DNA of 64,000 bases, from NCBI GenBank assembly GCA_029243585.1, contig JAQWRR010000041.1:3477-67476 (forward strand). The letters are read 5' to 3'. Below are positions 20,781-30,900 of this stretch, piece by piece; position 1 is the first letter of the stretch; each line of letters opens with the position of its first letter. This DNA is from Gammaproteobacteria bacterium (GTDB taxonomy: Bacteria > Pseudomonadota > Gammaproteobacteria > Steroidobacterales > Rariloculaceae). Under the pieces are notes generated by a model. The model was given only the letters and a program-made list of their open reading frames with translations, searched no databases and was not told the origin of the DNA. A program made the translations under genes and the position numbers.

Positions 20781-21676
20781 GAGCTGCTTTGACGTGTTTT
20801 TTTGTTACTACGTTTTGTTTAACAAGCAGTGCAAAAGCTGAGCTGTATTACCTAATTGTTGCTGGTTTGGGTGGAGAGCCGCGTTATGAAGAGCGCTTTG
20901 AATTGCAGGTTGAATCCATGGTCCAGGCGGCGCGCCGCTCAAATGGTGATGATTCCAGAATTTCTCTTCTAAAAGGGGACAGTGCGAACCGTGATGCTTT
21001 GATTTTAGAGTTGCAGAGATTATCTGAGGTAGTAATGTCTACTGATCAGCTTGCAGTCTTTCTTGTCGGGCATGGCACCCATGATGGCGAACAGTACAAG
21101 TTTAATTTGCCGGGTCCAGATATTGATGGTGAGACGCTTTCTTCTTTGTTGAAAGATATACCAGCAAGTCGACAAGTAGTTGTAAATGCGACTAGCGCAA
21201 GTGGCGCTGTGCTCGACTCATGGTTGACCGAAGGGCGTACCCTCATTACGGCAACAAAGAGTGCGGGTGAACGTAATGCCACCCGTTTTGGTATGTATTG
21301 GTCAGCTGCACTTTCAAGTAATGAAGCAGACATCAATAAAAATGGTGCAATTACTGTTCAAGAGGCCTTTGATTTTGCTGCAAGTAAGGTTGCAGACAGC
21401 TATGAAAGTGAAGGCCTATTAGCAACAGAACATCCAGCGCTTGTAGGTGAAATGTCTGCAACCTTAAATGTTTCTCTTCTTGAGGAACGAATTGCAACTA
21501 CTGCAGAGCTTGAGGTTCTTATGGATCAGTTGAATGCGTTGGAGGGCGAGATAGGGGCCCTGCGCCAGAGTCGAGAAAATATGGACAGTGTGGTTTATTT
21601 TGATGAGCTTCAAGGTTTGCTTTTGGAATTAGCGTTGGTTCAGCGCGAGATAGATGAGATTCGTGGAATTGACTGA
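20777..21676 (+). CDS. Exported caspase/legumain-fold (clan CD-like) protein lacking the catalytic Cys, with a C-terminal coiled coil
   Basis: ATG 20777 overlaps the upstream TGA (ATGA). Signal peptide present. The His-Gly block VFLVGHGTHDG is followed by the hydrophobic strand QVVVNATSASG, where clan CD enzymes have (A/S)C. An EF-hand-like ADINKNGAITVQEAFDF is also present. Confidence 0.4.
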   Translation: MRAALTCFFVTTFCLTSSAKAELYYLIVAGLGGEPRYEERFELQVESMVQAARRSNGDDSRISLLKGDSANRDALILELQRLSEVVMSTDQLAVFLVGHGTHDGEQYKFNLPGPDIDGETLSSLLKDIPASRQVVVNATSASGAVLDSWLTEGRTLITATKSAGERNATRFGMYWSAALSSNEADINKNGAITVQEAFDFAASKVADSYESEGLLATEHPALVGEMSATLNVSLLEERIATTAELEVLMDQLNALEGEIGALRQSRENMDSVVYFDELQGLLLELALVQREIDEIRGID

Positions 21677-21679
21677 GAA

Positions 21680-23950
21680 GTGAAACAGTTTTTTATAATA
21701 GTAAGTTTATGTTTTATTGGTATTCACCAGGCTGGCGCTCAGTCCTTCGACTATTCTGCAGATAGAGACCCTGCACTGAGAGTTTGTGATGAGCTATTGC
21801 ACAGTGGCCAGCGTTTTGAAGCCAACAGTTGCTATGCATCTCTTTTAACGGATAGCGCAGATGCTCTCATTAGGGCAGAAGCAGCTTGGCAGATGGGTGA
21901 CCTACAAGCTGCTAATGCCTATTTTAGAACGGCCGTAGAAATTGACCCTGAATCTCCGCGTGCCAGGACTCGTTGGGCACGTCTATTTCTAATGACTCAT
22001 CAAAATAGTGATGCTATTAAGCTTTTTCAGGAGGCGCTAGAGCTCAATTCAGAATACTTGCCAGCAAAACTTGGTTTAGCAACGGTTGCTACTGGTCGGT
22101 TTGAGGATAGAGCTAATGCCCTGGTTGAGGCTGTACTAGAGGCGGACTCATTGCAGCTCGAAGCTCAATTATTGAGAGCTCGTATGAGTCTTGAGGATGG
22201 CTCGCTGGAAGCGGCAAACGAGTCTCTAGATGAGGCGCTTAGAATAGCTGAGATAAAAAACCTCCCTCCTTTAGAGGTCTACGCTCTTAAGGCATCTTTT
22301 GATCTTCTAAGAGGTGTAACTGAGAGCGAGTGGACTCAACGGGCTTTAGATTTTAATCCACAATACGGAGAAATTTTTGCAATACCAGCACATTTTTATG
22401 TAATTACAAGACGCTATCGGGAGGCTATAGCACTGCTTTTTGATGCTGTGCGAATACAGCCCGATCTCTGGTCCGCGCATACTGAACTTGGTATTAACTT
22501 GCTCCGACAGAATCGCGTTGATGAAGCGCAACACCATCTGTCTCTTGCATACCGGGGAGATCCTTATAGTGCTCAGATCGTAAATACTTTGCGACTTATC
22601 GATAGCCTAGAGAATTTTCAGGTTTTACATAGAGATTTACCACCCCTGGACAGTGATACCTTGCTTGATGATAGGCCAGGAATGATTTTACGCCTGCATA
22701 ATGATGAGGCGCCAATTATCGAGGCCTATGTGACCAAGCTTGTGGCAGACAGTATCCAAGCATTTACAAAACGTTATCAGTTTGAGCTACGCGAACCAGT
22801 GGTGGCTGAGTTATACCCAGATCACGATGATTTTGCCGTTAGGACTTCTGGATTGCCCGGCATTGGGCTTTTGGGTGTGGCATTTGGATACCTTGTAGCA
22901 ATGGATAGTCCATCAGGTCGAGGTGAAGGTGAGTTTCATTGGGGCACGACTCTTTGGCATGAGATGGCACATGTATTCACACTGGAAGCAACAAATCATC
23001 TAGTTCCTAGGTGGTTTAGTGAGGGTGTATCGGTATTTGAGGAATGGTCTACTGGACCCAGGCCAGGCCGCCACATTCCAATGCATGTTCTTGATGCAAT
23101 GAAAGAGGAAAAGCTTCTATCTATCTTAGATATTGATAGAGGATTCATTCGTCCTGAATACCAGGGACAGATTATGGTTTCCTATATGCAGGCGGGGCTG
23201 ATATGTCAGTACATTGAACGTGACTGGGGACAACAGGGACTTGTTGATTTGCTTCAGTTATATCGGGATGGCGCTGATACTGGCGAAGCTATTGAGGAAG
23301 GATTAGGAGTGACTCCAAGTCAATTTGATTTAGGCTTTAATTCATTTATTGAGTCTGCATTTCGGCCTACACTCGATGTGTTAGATGATTGGAAAGAGCA
23401 AACACAATTAGCTCACGAGGCTGCCAATGAAGGTGATTGGGATCGTGTATTAGCATTGAGCTCTGCCTCAATACAACTATATCCTGGCTATGTTGAGGAG
23501 GGCGATGTCTATATCCTAAATGCTAAGGCACATGAAGAGTTAGGGCAGGCAGGGGCTGCGATTGACAGGTTAGAGGAATATTGGAGACTCGGTGGTTACG
23601 AGCCTAGAGCTTTACATCAGCTCGCAGACTGGTTATATCAGTCAAATCGTCCCGATGATGCGATTGCTGTTTTAAATGATGTGATTTTTTCTGCGCCGCT
23701 AGATGAGTCTCTCCATACCAAGCTTGGCGACTGGTTGCTTGAGTCCAAAAAGGGGGAGCTTGCGTTGCGTGAGTACTCGTCATTGCTAGCGATGAAGCCC
23801 CATGATGAGGCAGCCGCTCACTATCGATTGGCGACGGCCTATAGACAACTTGAAAACGAAGAAAAGACTAGAGAACATTTATTGTATGCTTTGGAAACCG
23901 CCCCTCATTATAGGGAGGCCCAGCAATTGCTATTGGAGATCCTACGTTGA
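21680..23950 (+). CDS. Exported TPR-repeat protein with an embedded HExxH (peptidase MA-like) domain
   Basis: Signal peptide, with TPR-like repeats at both ends. The central WHEMAHVFTLEATNHLVPRWFSEGVSVFEE resembles the Peptidase_MA_2 pattern HExxH...W..EG. Confidence 0.6.
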   Translation: MKQFFIIVSLCFIGIHQAGAQSFDYSADRDPALRVCDELLHSGQRFEANSCYASLLTDSADALIRAEAAWQMGDLQAANAYFRTAVEIDPESPRARTRWARLFLMTHQNSDAIKLFQEALELNSEYLPAKLGLATVATGRFEDRANALVEAVLEADSLQLEAQLLRARMSLEDGSLEAANESLDEALRIAEIKNLPPLEVYALKASFDLLRGVTESEWTQRALDFNPQYGEIFAIPAHFYVITRRYREAIALLFDAVRIQPDLWSAHTELGINLLRQNRVDEAQHHLSLAYRGDPYSAQIVNTLRLIDSLENFQVLHRDLPPLDSDTLLDDRPGMILRLHNDEAPIIEAYVTKLVADSIQAFTKRYQFELREPVVAELYPDHDDFAVRTSGLPGIGLLGVAFGYLVAMDSPSGRGEGEFHWGTTLWHEMAHVFTLEATNHLVPRWFSEGVSVFEEWSTGPRPGRHIPMHVLDAMKEEKLLSILDIDRGFIRPEYQGQIMVSYMQAGLICQYIERDWGQQGLVDLLQLYRDGADTGEAIEEGLGVTPSQFDLGFNSFIESAFRPTLDVLDDWKEQTQLAHEAANEGDWDRVLALSSASIQLYPGYVEEGDVYILNAKAHEELGQAGAAIDRLEEYWRLGGYEPRALHQLADWLYQSNRPDDAIAVLNDVIFSAPLDESLHTKLGDWLLESKKGELALREYSSLLAMKPHDEAAAHYRLATAYRQLENEEKTREHLLYALETAPHYREAQQLLLEILR

Positions 23951-24987
23951 GTCCTGAAACAGTTAGCCAGCTTGATACTGAAGAAGCCCGAACCTTGATT
24001 GAGACATTTAAGGGTTCCTTAGAGAGTATTCGTGTTGAAGTAGGTAAGGTAATCATTGGACAAGAGGAGGTTGTAGACAACCTTTTAATGACCCTTTTGG
24101 TAGGTGGACATTGTCTGATTACCGGAATGCCGGGTACAGCAAAAACATTACTTGTAAGAACGCTTGCTTCTGCTCTAGGCCTTTCATTTAAGCGTATTCA
24201 GTTCACGCCAGACTTGATGCCTACTGATGTGACGGGTACCGATATTATTGAAGAAGATGCCAATGGTAGTAGAACTTGGACGTTTGTGCCTGGACCACTT
24301 TTCGCTAATGTTTTACTAGCGGATGAGATAAATCGAACGCCTCCTAAAACCCAGTCTGCACTGCTAGAAGCCATGCAGGAGAAAACGGTAACAGTTCGCG
24401 GTAGTGTGCATCAGATAGCCCCCCCATTTTTTGTTTTAGCGACACAAAACCCAATTGAACTGGAGGGGACTTATCCACTTCCAGAGGCGCAATTGGATCG
24501 ATTTTTGTTTAATGTCATTTTGGACTATCTCAGCGATGATGATGAACTTGCTGTTGTTGAGCGGTTTACGACTCGAATGGATGTTCCAGAGGTAGGCGCT
24601 GTAACTACGCCAGAACAAATCCTACAGTTCCAAGCGCTTGTTCGCCAAGTCCCAATATCCGATACCGTAAGTCGTTTTGCTGTGAACCTGGTTCGTTCGA
24701 CACGCCCTGAAGACCCGATAGCGCCAGAAATTGTAAAGCGTTATGTGCAATATGGGGCTAGTGTGCGTGCAACGATGTTTCTATCTTTGGCCGCTAAGGC
24801 TCGGGCTTTGATGATGGGCCGTTATCACGTGACACAGGATGATATTGCGGCTCTTGTATTACCTGTAATGAGACACCGCGTCCTTACAAATTACTTCGCT
24901 GAATCAGACAAAGTAAGCGTAGATGATATTTTGACTCAGCTAATCGAGACGGCTGATGCCACCGGCCGTACATCAAAAACAGGCTAA
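23947..24987 (+). CDS. MoxR-family AAA+ ATPase
   Basis: Walker A GMPGTAKT, Walker B/sensor LLADEINRTPPKTQSALLEAMQE, and ATQNPIELEGTYPLPEAQLDRF. TTG start overlaps the upstream stop. Confidence 0.9.
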   Translation: MSPETVSQLDTEEARTLIETFKGSLESIRVEVGKVIIGQEEVVDNLLMTLLVGGHCLITGMPGTAKTLLVRTLASALGLSFKRIQFTPDLMPTDVTGTDIIEEDANGSRTWTFVPGPLFANVLLADEINRTPPKTQSALLEAMQEKTVTVRGSVHQIAPPFFVLATQNPIELEGTYPLPEAQLDRFLFNVILDYLSDDDELAVVERFTTRMDVPEVGAVTTPEQILQFQALVRQVPISDTVSRFAVNLVRSTRPEDPIAPEIVKRYVQYGASVRATMFLSLAAKARALMMGRYHVTQDDIAALVLPVMRHRVLTNYFAESDKVSVDDILTQLIETADATGRTSKTG

Positions 24988-24996
24988 GGTCTGGCT

Positions 24997-25917
24997 GTGC
25001 CTGGAATAGCTAGAAAAGAGTCAGGAGATATTCAAAACCTTCTCCATCCTGAGGTGTTAGCCAGTCTATCAAACCTTGAACTAGTTGCACGTGCGGCCGT
25101 TCACGGATTTCTTAATGGCCTTCATCGTTCACCTTTTTTTGGATTCAGCCAGGAGTTTGCTGAATATAAAGCCTATGCGGAAGGTGATGATCCTCGTTTT
25201 GTAGATTGGAATGTATATGCTAGGACCGAGCGCACATACATTAAAAGGTATCTGGGGGAGACTAATACCAGGCTAGTGATACTTCTCGATTCCAGTGCGT
25301 CTATGGGGTATAGCTCTGGGCCAGTTTCAAAATTGCAGTATGCAAAGTTTCTGGCTGCAACATTGGCCTACCTTGCAGCTAAGCAGCATGATGCGGTTGG
25401 TTTGATAGTTTTTGACGAAGAAGTTCGCGAATATCGTCCAGCGTCGTCACGACTTGGAAGTTTAAGTGGCATATTACATGCGATTGACCGCGCTTCACCT
25501 GGAACGGGTACTAATCTAAACGTGCCATTTGAAAAGTTTCATCAGTTCGAACGTGGGAGAGGATTAGTAGTCGTTATTTCAGATTTTTATTGTGATCCAG
25601 AAGCAATGATAAAGGGCGTTCAACCGCTAGCTTATCAGGGGCAAGATGTTGCATTGTTTCAGCTGCTTGATCCGCAGGAGCTTGATCCGGAATTGCGAGA
25701 ATCTGCATTAATGGAGGATATGGAAACAGGTGAGGCTATGGAAGTATCACCGACGTTTATGCGTTCTCGATACAGAAACAAACTTCAAGAACATATTGAT
25801 ACCATTCATAGCAGTTCTTCTGGGGTGGGAACAGATCATGTGTTAGTCAACACAACTGATCCACTTGATATTGCTTTGAAAAACTATTTGCTGTTTCGTC
25901 AAGGTCGAGGCAGATGA
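24997..25917 (+). CDS. DUF58 protein (vWA-like MoxR partner)
   Basis: HRSPFFGFSQEFAEYKAYAEGDDPRFVDWNVYARTERTYIKRY and the MIDAS-like LLDSSASM. It is immediately after moxR. GTG start. Confidence 0.85.
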   Translation: MPGIARKESGDIQNLLHPEVLASLSNLELVARAAVHGFLNGLHRSPFFGFSQEFAEYKAYAEGDDPRFVDWNVYARTERTYIKRYLGETNTRLVILLDSSASMGYSSGPVSKLQYAKFLAATLAYLAAKQHDAVGLIVFDEEVREYRPASSRLGSLSGILHAIDRASPGTGTNLNVPFEKFHQFERGRGLVVVISDFYCDPEAMIKGVQPLAYQGQDVALFQLLDPQELDPELRESALMEDMETGEAMEVSPTFMRSRYRNKLQEHIDTIHSSSSGVGTDHVLVNTTDPLDIALKNYLLFRQGRGR

Positions 25918-27911
25918 CCCTGCTCGCGCCCGCATTCCTTTTTGGCCTATTGGCTATTGGTATACCGATTTGGTTACATCGCTTGTCTTCTGAGAATCCA
26001 AACCGACAACCCTTCAGTTCGGTAATGTTTCTAGAGCCAGGTGAGCCAAGACGTGTTTTAGCCAAGAAGTTAAAATATTTGTTGTTGTTTGCGCTAAGGG
26101 TTGGTGTGTTGTCCCTCTTAGCTCTGGGATTTGCTGGGCTTGCTTTAGAAGGAAGTCTTCAAAACATAGTAGCTGAAACCGCAAGGCTTAATGTAATTGT
26201 TATGGATCGCTCTGCATCTATGTCCCTTGGTAATCGCTGGGAACGCGCTCAATCAACAGCCGACACTATCATCAATGATCTGGATAATTCTGATGTTGTT
26301 CAGGTGGTTGCTGCTGATAGGATTATTGAGATTCTTGCAGAACCTTCACTTGAGCGTGCTCCAATTCGTCAGGCTATAAATATTGCTGAGCCAGGTCCTT
26401 TTCGTGTTGATTATGGGCAATTGATGAGTTCGATGGAAAGTTTACTTCGTGGAGCAGAGTTGCCAGTGGTTTTGCATATCATCACAGACGCACAACAGAG
26501 TGCCTTGCCCACGCGTTTTGCTGATTTAGCCCCTCGTACTTCATTAGAATTGGTAGTTCATAATATATCGGTCGCGGGAGAAGAAAACTGGGCTATAGAC
26601 GGACTTGTCTGGTCAGCATTATCAGGTGAATTAACTGCTAGCCTTCGTGGATATTCTGTACAGGATGTAGAGCGAACCGTTACATTGCGACTAAACGGAA
26701 CAGAGGTTGCAACACAAAATGTTTCTGTTGGAGCGGGTCAGACTGCACAAGTAAATTTTATTGGGGTAGACCTTTCTACTGGAATAAATCAAGTTGTTGC
26801 AGAGCTAAGCCCTAACGATGAACTAACGTTAGATGATGAGCGATACTTGGTTGTGAAACAGCCTATACCTCGGCCTATTCTTTTGGTCAGTAGTAATAAT
26901 CGGGATAGCACCTCATTATTTTTGACATCAGCGCTCCAGACGTTAGCTGCTCAGGTCTATGAGATTCAGCAAATTTCACCAGTGGAACTGACTAACCAAT
27001 CTCTTGAAAATTACGTATTTATCGTAATCGCTGATGCTGGTGTATTAGTAGAAAATGATTCTGTGGTTCTCAGTGATTACGTAGAATCTGGTGGGGCTGT
27101 TTTTATGGCGTTGTCCCAGCGTTCAGCAGGCCTAAATTCTGTGCCAATAACCGGACATAGTCTCGGTTCTTTCTCGCAGTTCAGGGTTGAGGATGGAGGA
27201 TTTCTATCTGTTGGAAATGTGGACAGTTCACATTCAGTACTTAGACAGTTAGAAGGGCTAAGATCAGCGAGGTTTTATCGCCATATTCCAGTAGAGACTC
27301 AGTCATCTGATACGGTTCTTATGCGGCTTGAGGATGGTTCGCCATTGCTCATAGAGCATCCTATAGGCGAGGGACGTGCCCTGATTTTTACTTCCTCTCT
27401 AGATAGAGAATGGAATGATTTGCCTTTACAGCCGGTATTTGTTCCATTTATGGCACAACTTTCTTCTTATATGGCAGGCGATGATCGTATTAGTTCTGTT
27501 GCCAGATTAGGCGGCACTCTCTCATCTCGGTCAATGGGGTTTTCTGGTGGACAGATATTTAGGCCTGATGGAGAAACAGCTCTTGGTTTAGCAGGCGCAG
27601 GTGCGGGTGGCGAGGTAATTGTTGATCAAATTGGCTTTTATGAGGTATTGGCTTCGGGGCAAACCGAGTCTGTAGCAGTCAATATAGATGCACAGGAGTC
27701 GGATGTGACTTCAATGCCTGATAACGGATTTATTCGATGGAGTGAGATTGGTTCAGGGCCTGTACAAGATGCAGGAGGAAGCATGGAAATCGTTGATGAT
27801 GCATCCACAGATCTCTGGCCCTTGATCCTCTTTTTGCTTTTGGCTCTAGTTATCGTGGAATCCTGGGTCGGAAACTGGCATCTTAGTGTGCGAAGAGGAA
27901 TTGCAGCATGA
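25914..27911 (+). CDS. BatA-like protein: N-terminal double-TM aerotolerance-type domain plus vWA and a GATase1-like region
   Basis: The N-terminus LLAPAFLFGLLAIGIPIWLHRL matches the TIGR02226-type pattern from memory. MIDAS motif VMDRSASM and a C-terminal TM are present. ATGA overlap with DUF58. Confidence 0.7.
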   Translation: MTLLAPAFLFGLLAIGIPIWLHRLSSENPNRQPFSSVMFLEPGEPRRVLAKKLKYLLLFALRVGVLSLLALGFAGLALEGSLQNIVAETARLNVIVMDRSASMSLGNRWERAQSTADTIINDLDNSDVVQVVAADRIIEILAEPSLERAPIRQAINIAEPGPFRVDYGQLMSSMESLLRGAELPVVLHIITDAQQSALPTRFADLAPRTSLELVVHNISVAGEENWAIDGLVWSALSGELTASLRGYSVQDVERTVTLRLNGTEVATQNVSVGAGQTAQVNFIGVDLSTGINQVVAELSPNDELTLDDERYLVVKQPIPRPILLVSSNNRDSTSLFLTSALQTLAAQVYEIQQISPVELTNQSLENYVFIVIADAGVLVENDSVVLSDYVESGGAVFMALSQRSAGLNSVPITGHSLGSFSQFRVEDGGFLSVGNVDSSHSVLRQLEGLRSARFYRHIPVETQSSDTVLMRLEDGSPLLIEHPIGEGRALIFTSSLDREWNDLPLQPVFVPFMAQLSSYMAGDDRISSVARLGGTLSSRSMGFSGGQIFRPDGETALGLAGAGAGGEVIVDQIGFYEVLASGQTESVAVNIDAQESDVTSMPDNGFIRWSEIGSGPVQDAGGSMEIVDDASTDLWPLILFLLLALVIVESWVGNWHLSVRRGIAA

Positions 27912-30900
27912 CCCCACGAACACAACTTGAACAATACCTTGGTGAGTTTCGTCAGCGCTTAAGAACATTAATTGTCGCTCGAGGCCTGGCGGCACTATGT
28001 TTTACTGCATTAGTAGTTACTTTATTGGTAGTTTTTATCGGAACGCGCCAAGCCTTTCCTCCCGGACTCATGGGTGGGGCTCGTGTGGCATTGGTGTTTT
28101 TGTTGGCCGTAATCTTAATAGCACTTTTGGTATACCCCTTGCGAGTCTTACGTTCGACCCGTGGTATTCCTGAGATAGAAAAGAGGGCTCCGGATTTTGA
28201 TGGACGTATTGAAACCTATGATCAACTTACGTCTCAAAATGATGGGAACTTGGAACAGCGTTCTCCATTTCTTGGCCTTCTGGCTGAAGATGCTTTGGCT
28301 TTTGCACGAAAGATACCTATCCCAGTAAGAATCCCTAGCTGGGAGATAACAGTCCCTTCAGTTTTTGGTTTTATCGCACTTGCAGTGCTTGTTTGGGTCG
28401 CTTCTTTTGGGCCAGACAATTGGAGATATGGTGCTCGCCATCTTTGGGCCGGGTGGGCCCTGTCCGACACGTTGCCACCACAAAGAATTACCGTAAATCC
28501 AGGTGACAGTGCTGTTCGAAGAGGGGGAGATCTTTTTGTTGACGCTAATGCTGAGGGCTTTGATCCGTCTGGGGCCCAAGTATTTGCTCTTTTTGAGGGA
28601 AATGAAGAGTGGGAAACTGCTCCTATGTCGACTAGTGAAGATGATGGTTTTGAGTTCACTTTTTTTGGAATTCGTGAACCATTCAGTTACTACGTAGTTT
28701 CTGCAGGTATACACAGTGCGGAATATTCCATTGAGGTAGTTGATCTTCCAAGAGTCAGTAATGTCAGGTTGACATACCATTATCCAAGATGGACGGAGTT
28801 AGAGTCTGAAGTGGTGAGTGTGGGTGGAGATATTCGTGCGGTAGCAGGTACGCGAGTTGAGGTTGAGGTAACAACAGACCAACCCCTCGATGGCGCTGAG
28901 CTGAATGTTAACGGACAAGCATTATCTATGGTGACTGCAGGACCTATTGCAACGACTACCTTAGAGGTTGAAGAGGACGGTGAGTACTACGTATCCACTT
29001 TCTTTAATTCTGATTCAGTGAGGCTCTCAGACGATTACTTTATTGATGTTGTTCCCGACAATAAGCCAGTCGTCAAGGTTATGAAGCCTGGACGTGACTG
29101 GAAGGCTAGCAACATTGAGGAAGTATCTATACGAGTTGAAGCTACTGATGATTTCAGTTTAGACAGACTAGAATTGCATTATGCCGTTAATGGTGGTGAT
29201 TGGAATGTTGCGGAGCTAGATGCAGGTGGTACTTATACGTTGAGTGAAGAGATTCTCTATCTTGAGGAGATGGGTAAGACAGTTGGTTCGAGTGACTTGT
29301 TAGATTTATTAACAGCAAGTGAAACGAACAACGAGACAATTACTACAAACCTTGTGCCAGGAGATCTTATTTCCTATTACGCAGAAGCGCATGATCGGGA
29401 TACGTCTGAGCGTACGGATTTATTTTTTGTCGAGGTGCAACCCTTTGATCGCAGTTATTCGCAGTCTATGCAGAGCGGTGGCGGTGGCGGTGGCGGTGGC
29501 GGTCAACAACAGAATGAAATTTCTCAGCGTCAAAAAGAAATACTACTTGCGACGTGGAATTTAATAAGGGAAAAAGAGGAGCAGACTGGTTTCCAGGATG
29601 AACAGCAACTCCAGGATAACGCGCAGATGTTGTCTGAATTACAGAGAACTCTTGCGGATCAGGCTCGGACACTTGCCAATCGTACTCGAGCTCGGCAGCT
29701 AACGAGTGTTGATGAGCAGATTCAGATTTTTGTACAAAGCCTTGAGAGTGCTGCTGAGGCTATGATGCCTGCAGCGGAGCGTTTGGTAGATTTAGAATTT
29801 GATAATGCGGTTCCTTCTGAACAGGAAGCCTTGCAATATTTATTAAAGGCCGAGGCAGTTTTTACAGATATCCAGGTGTCTTCTCAACAAGGTGGTGGAG
29901 GTGGACCTGGTGGTTTTGCTGGTCGTGATTTAGCCGAACTTTTTGAGCTTGAGATGGACCTCGAAAAAAATCAGTATGAAACAGAGTCGCCTACCTCTTT
30001 TGATACGCCAGAAGCCGAGGTGGATGAGGCAATTGCCAAGCTACGGGAGCTTGCGAATCGGCAAGAAAGTCTGGCCCGTCAGGCTAACCAACAACAAGCT
30101 CTGACTGAGGAGGAGCGCTGGCGTCAAGAAGAACTAAGGCGAGAGACGGAAGAGCTACGTAGTCAATTAGAACAGCTTCGTCAGCAATCAGCTCAGCAGC
30201 AATCAGCTCAGCAGCAATCAGGGCAAAGCACGCAGGGTGATGCGACGTCCGGGGCGATTCGCCAACTGGATAATGCGCTCCAGGCAATGGATCGTGCACA
30301 GGCACAGAATGGCATGGATCAAGATCAAAACCAGAGAGCGGTTGAGCAGGCACGTCGTCAGCTGGATCGAGCACTTGAGCAGTTGACAGCTCAAAGACAA
30401 GCAGATGCAGAAGAGATTTTCTCAGATCTTTCCGAGCGCGCCGAATTACTGTTGAATGAACAAAGAAGATTGGCTGCAGAGCTACAGCAAGTTGCACGTG
30501 AGGCTTTGGAGAATAGAGATGATGATGGAGTTCGAGAAAATCCTCTTAGTGATGAAGAAACGATTGAATTAGCTGAGAGAAAATGGCTAATGCAGGCAGA
30601 TCTAGAAGAACTTGAGGAGGAAATGCAGCGTGTTTCGCAAAGATATAGAGATCAAACACCTGATGCATCTGCTCAACTCAGTGATGCGCTTTCTGATTTG
30701 CAAAGGACCCAAGCTGTAAGACGCCTAGCTTATGCTGGGGAAATGATTCGTAGAGGACTTGCTGATGAACTTTCACCATTTGAAGGTATTGTTACAACTG
30801 CACTTGATGATCTTCGGCGAGACACAGAACAGGCTCTTGCAACTGCCAGTCGCGAGGCACGCGATGGACAACAAGCAGAACAGAACCCAACATCAGAGCT

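Noticed and set aside
28234-28780. Two overlapping minus-strand ORFs (141 and 140 aa) inside the 1184-aa gene
   Set aside because: They are antisense shadows of a long, translationally coupled CDS with no recognisable features. The same reasoning applies to 30084-30497 and 31050-31295.
29477-30221. Short tandem repeats considered as a possible CRISPR or other repeat array
   Set aside because: The units are 6 and 15 nt, contiguous, without spacers, and in frame within a CDS. They are coding low-complexity repeats, not a CRISPR array.
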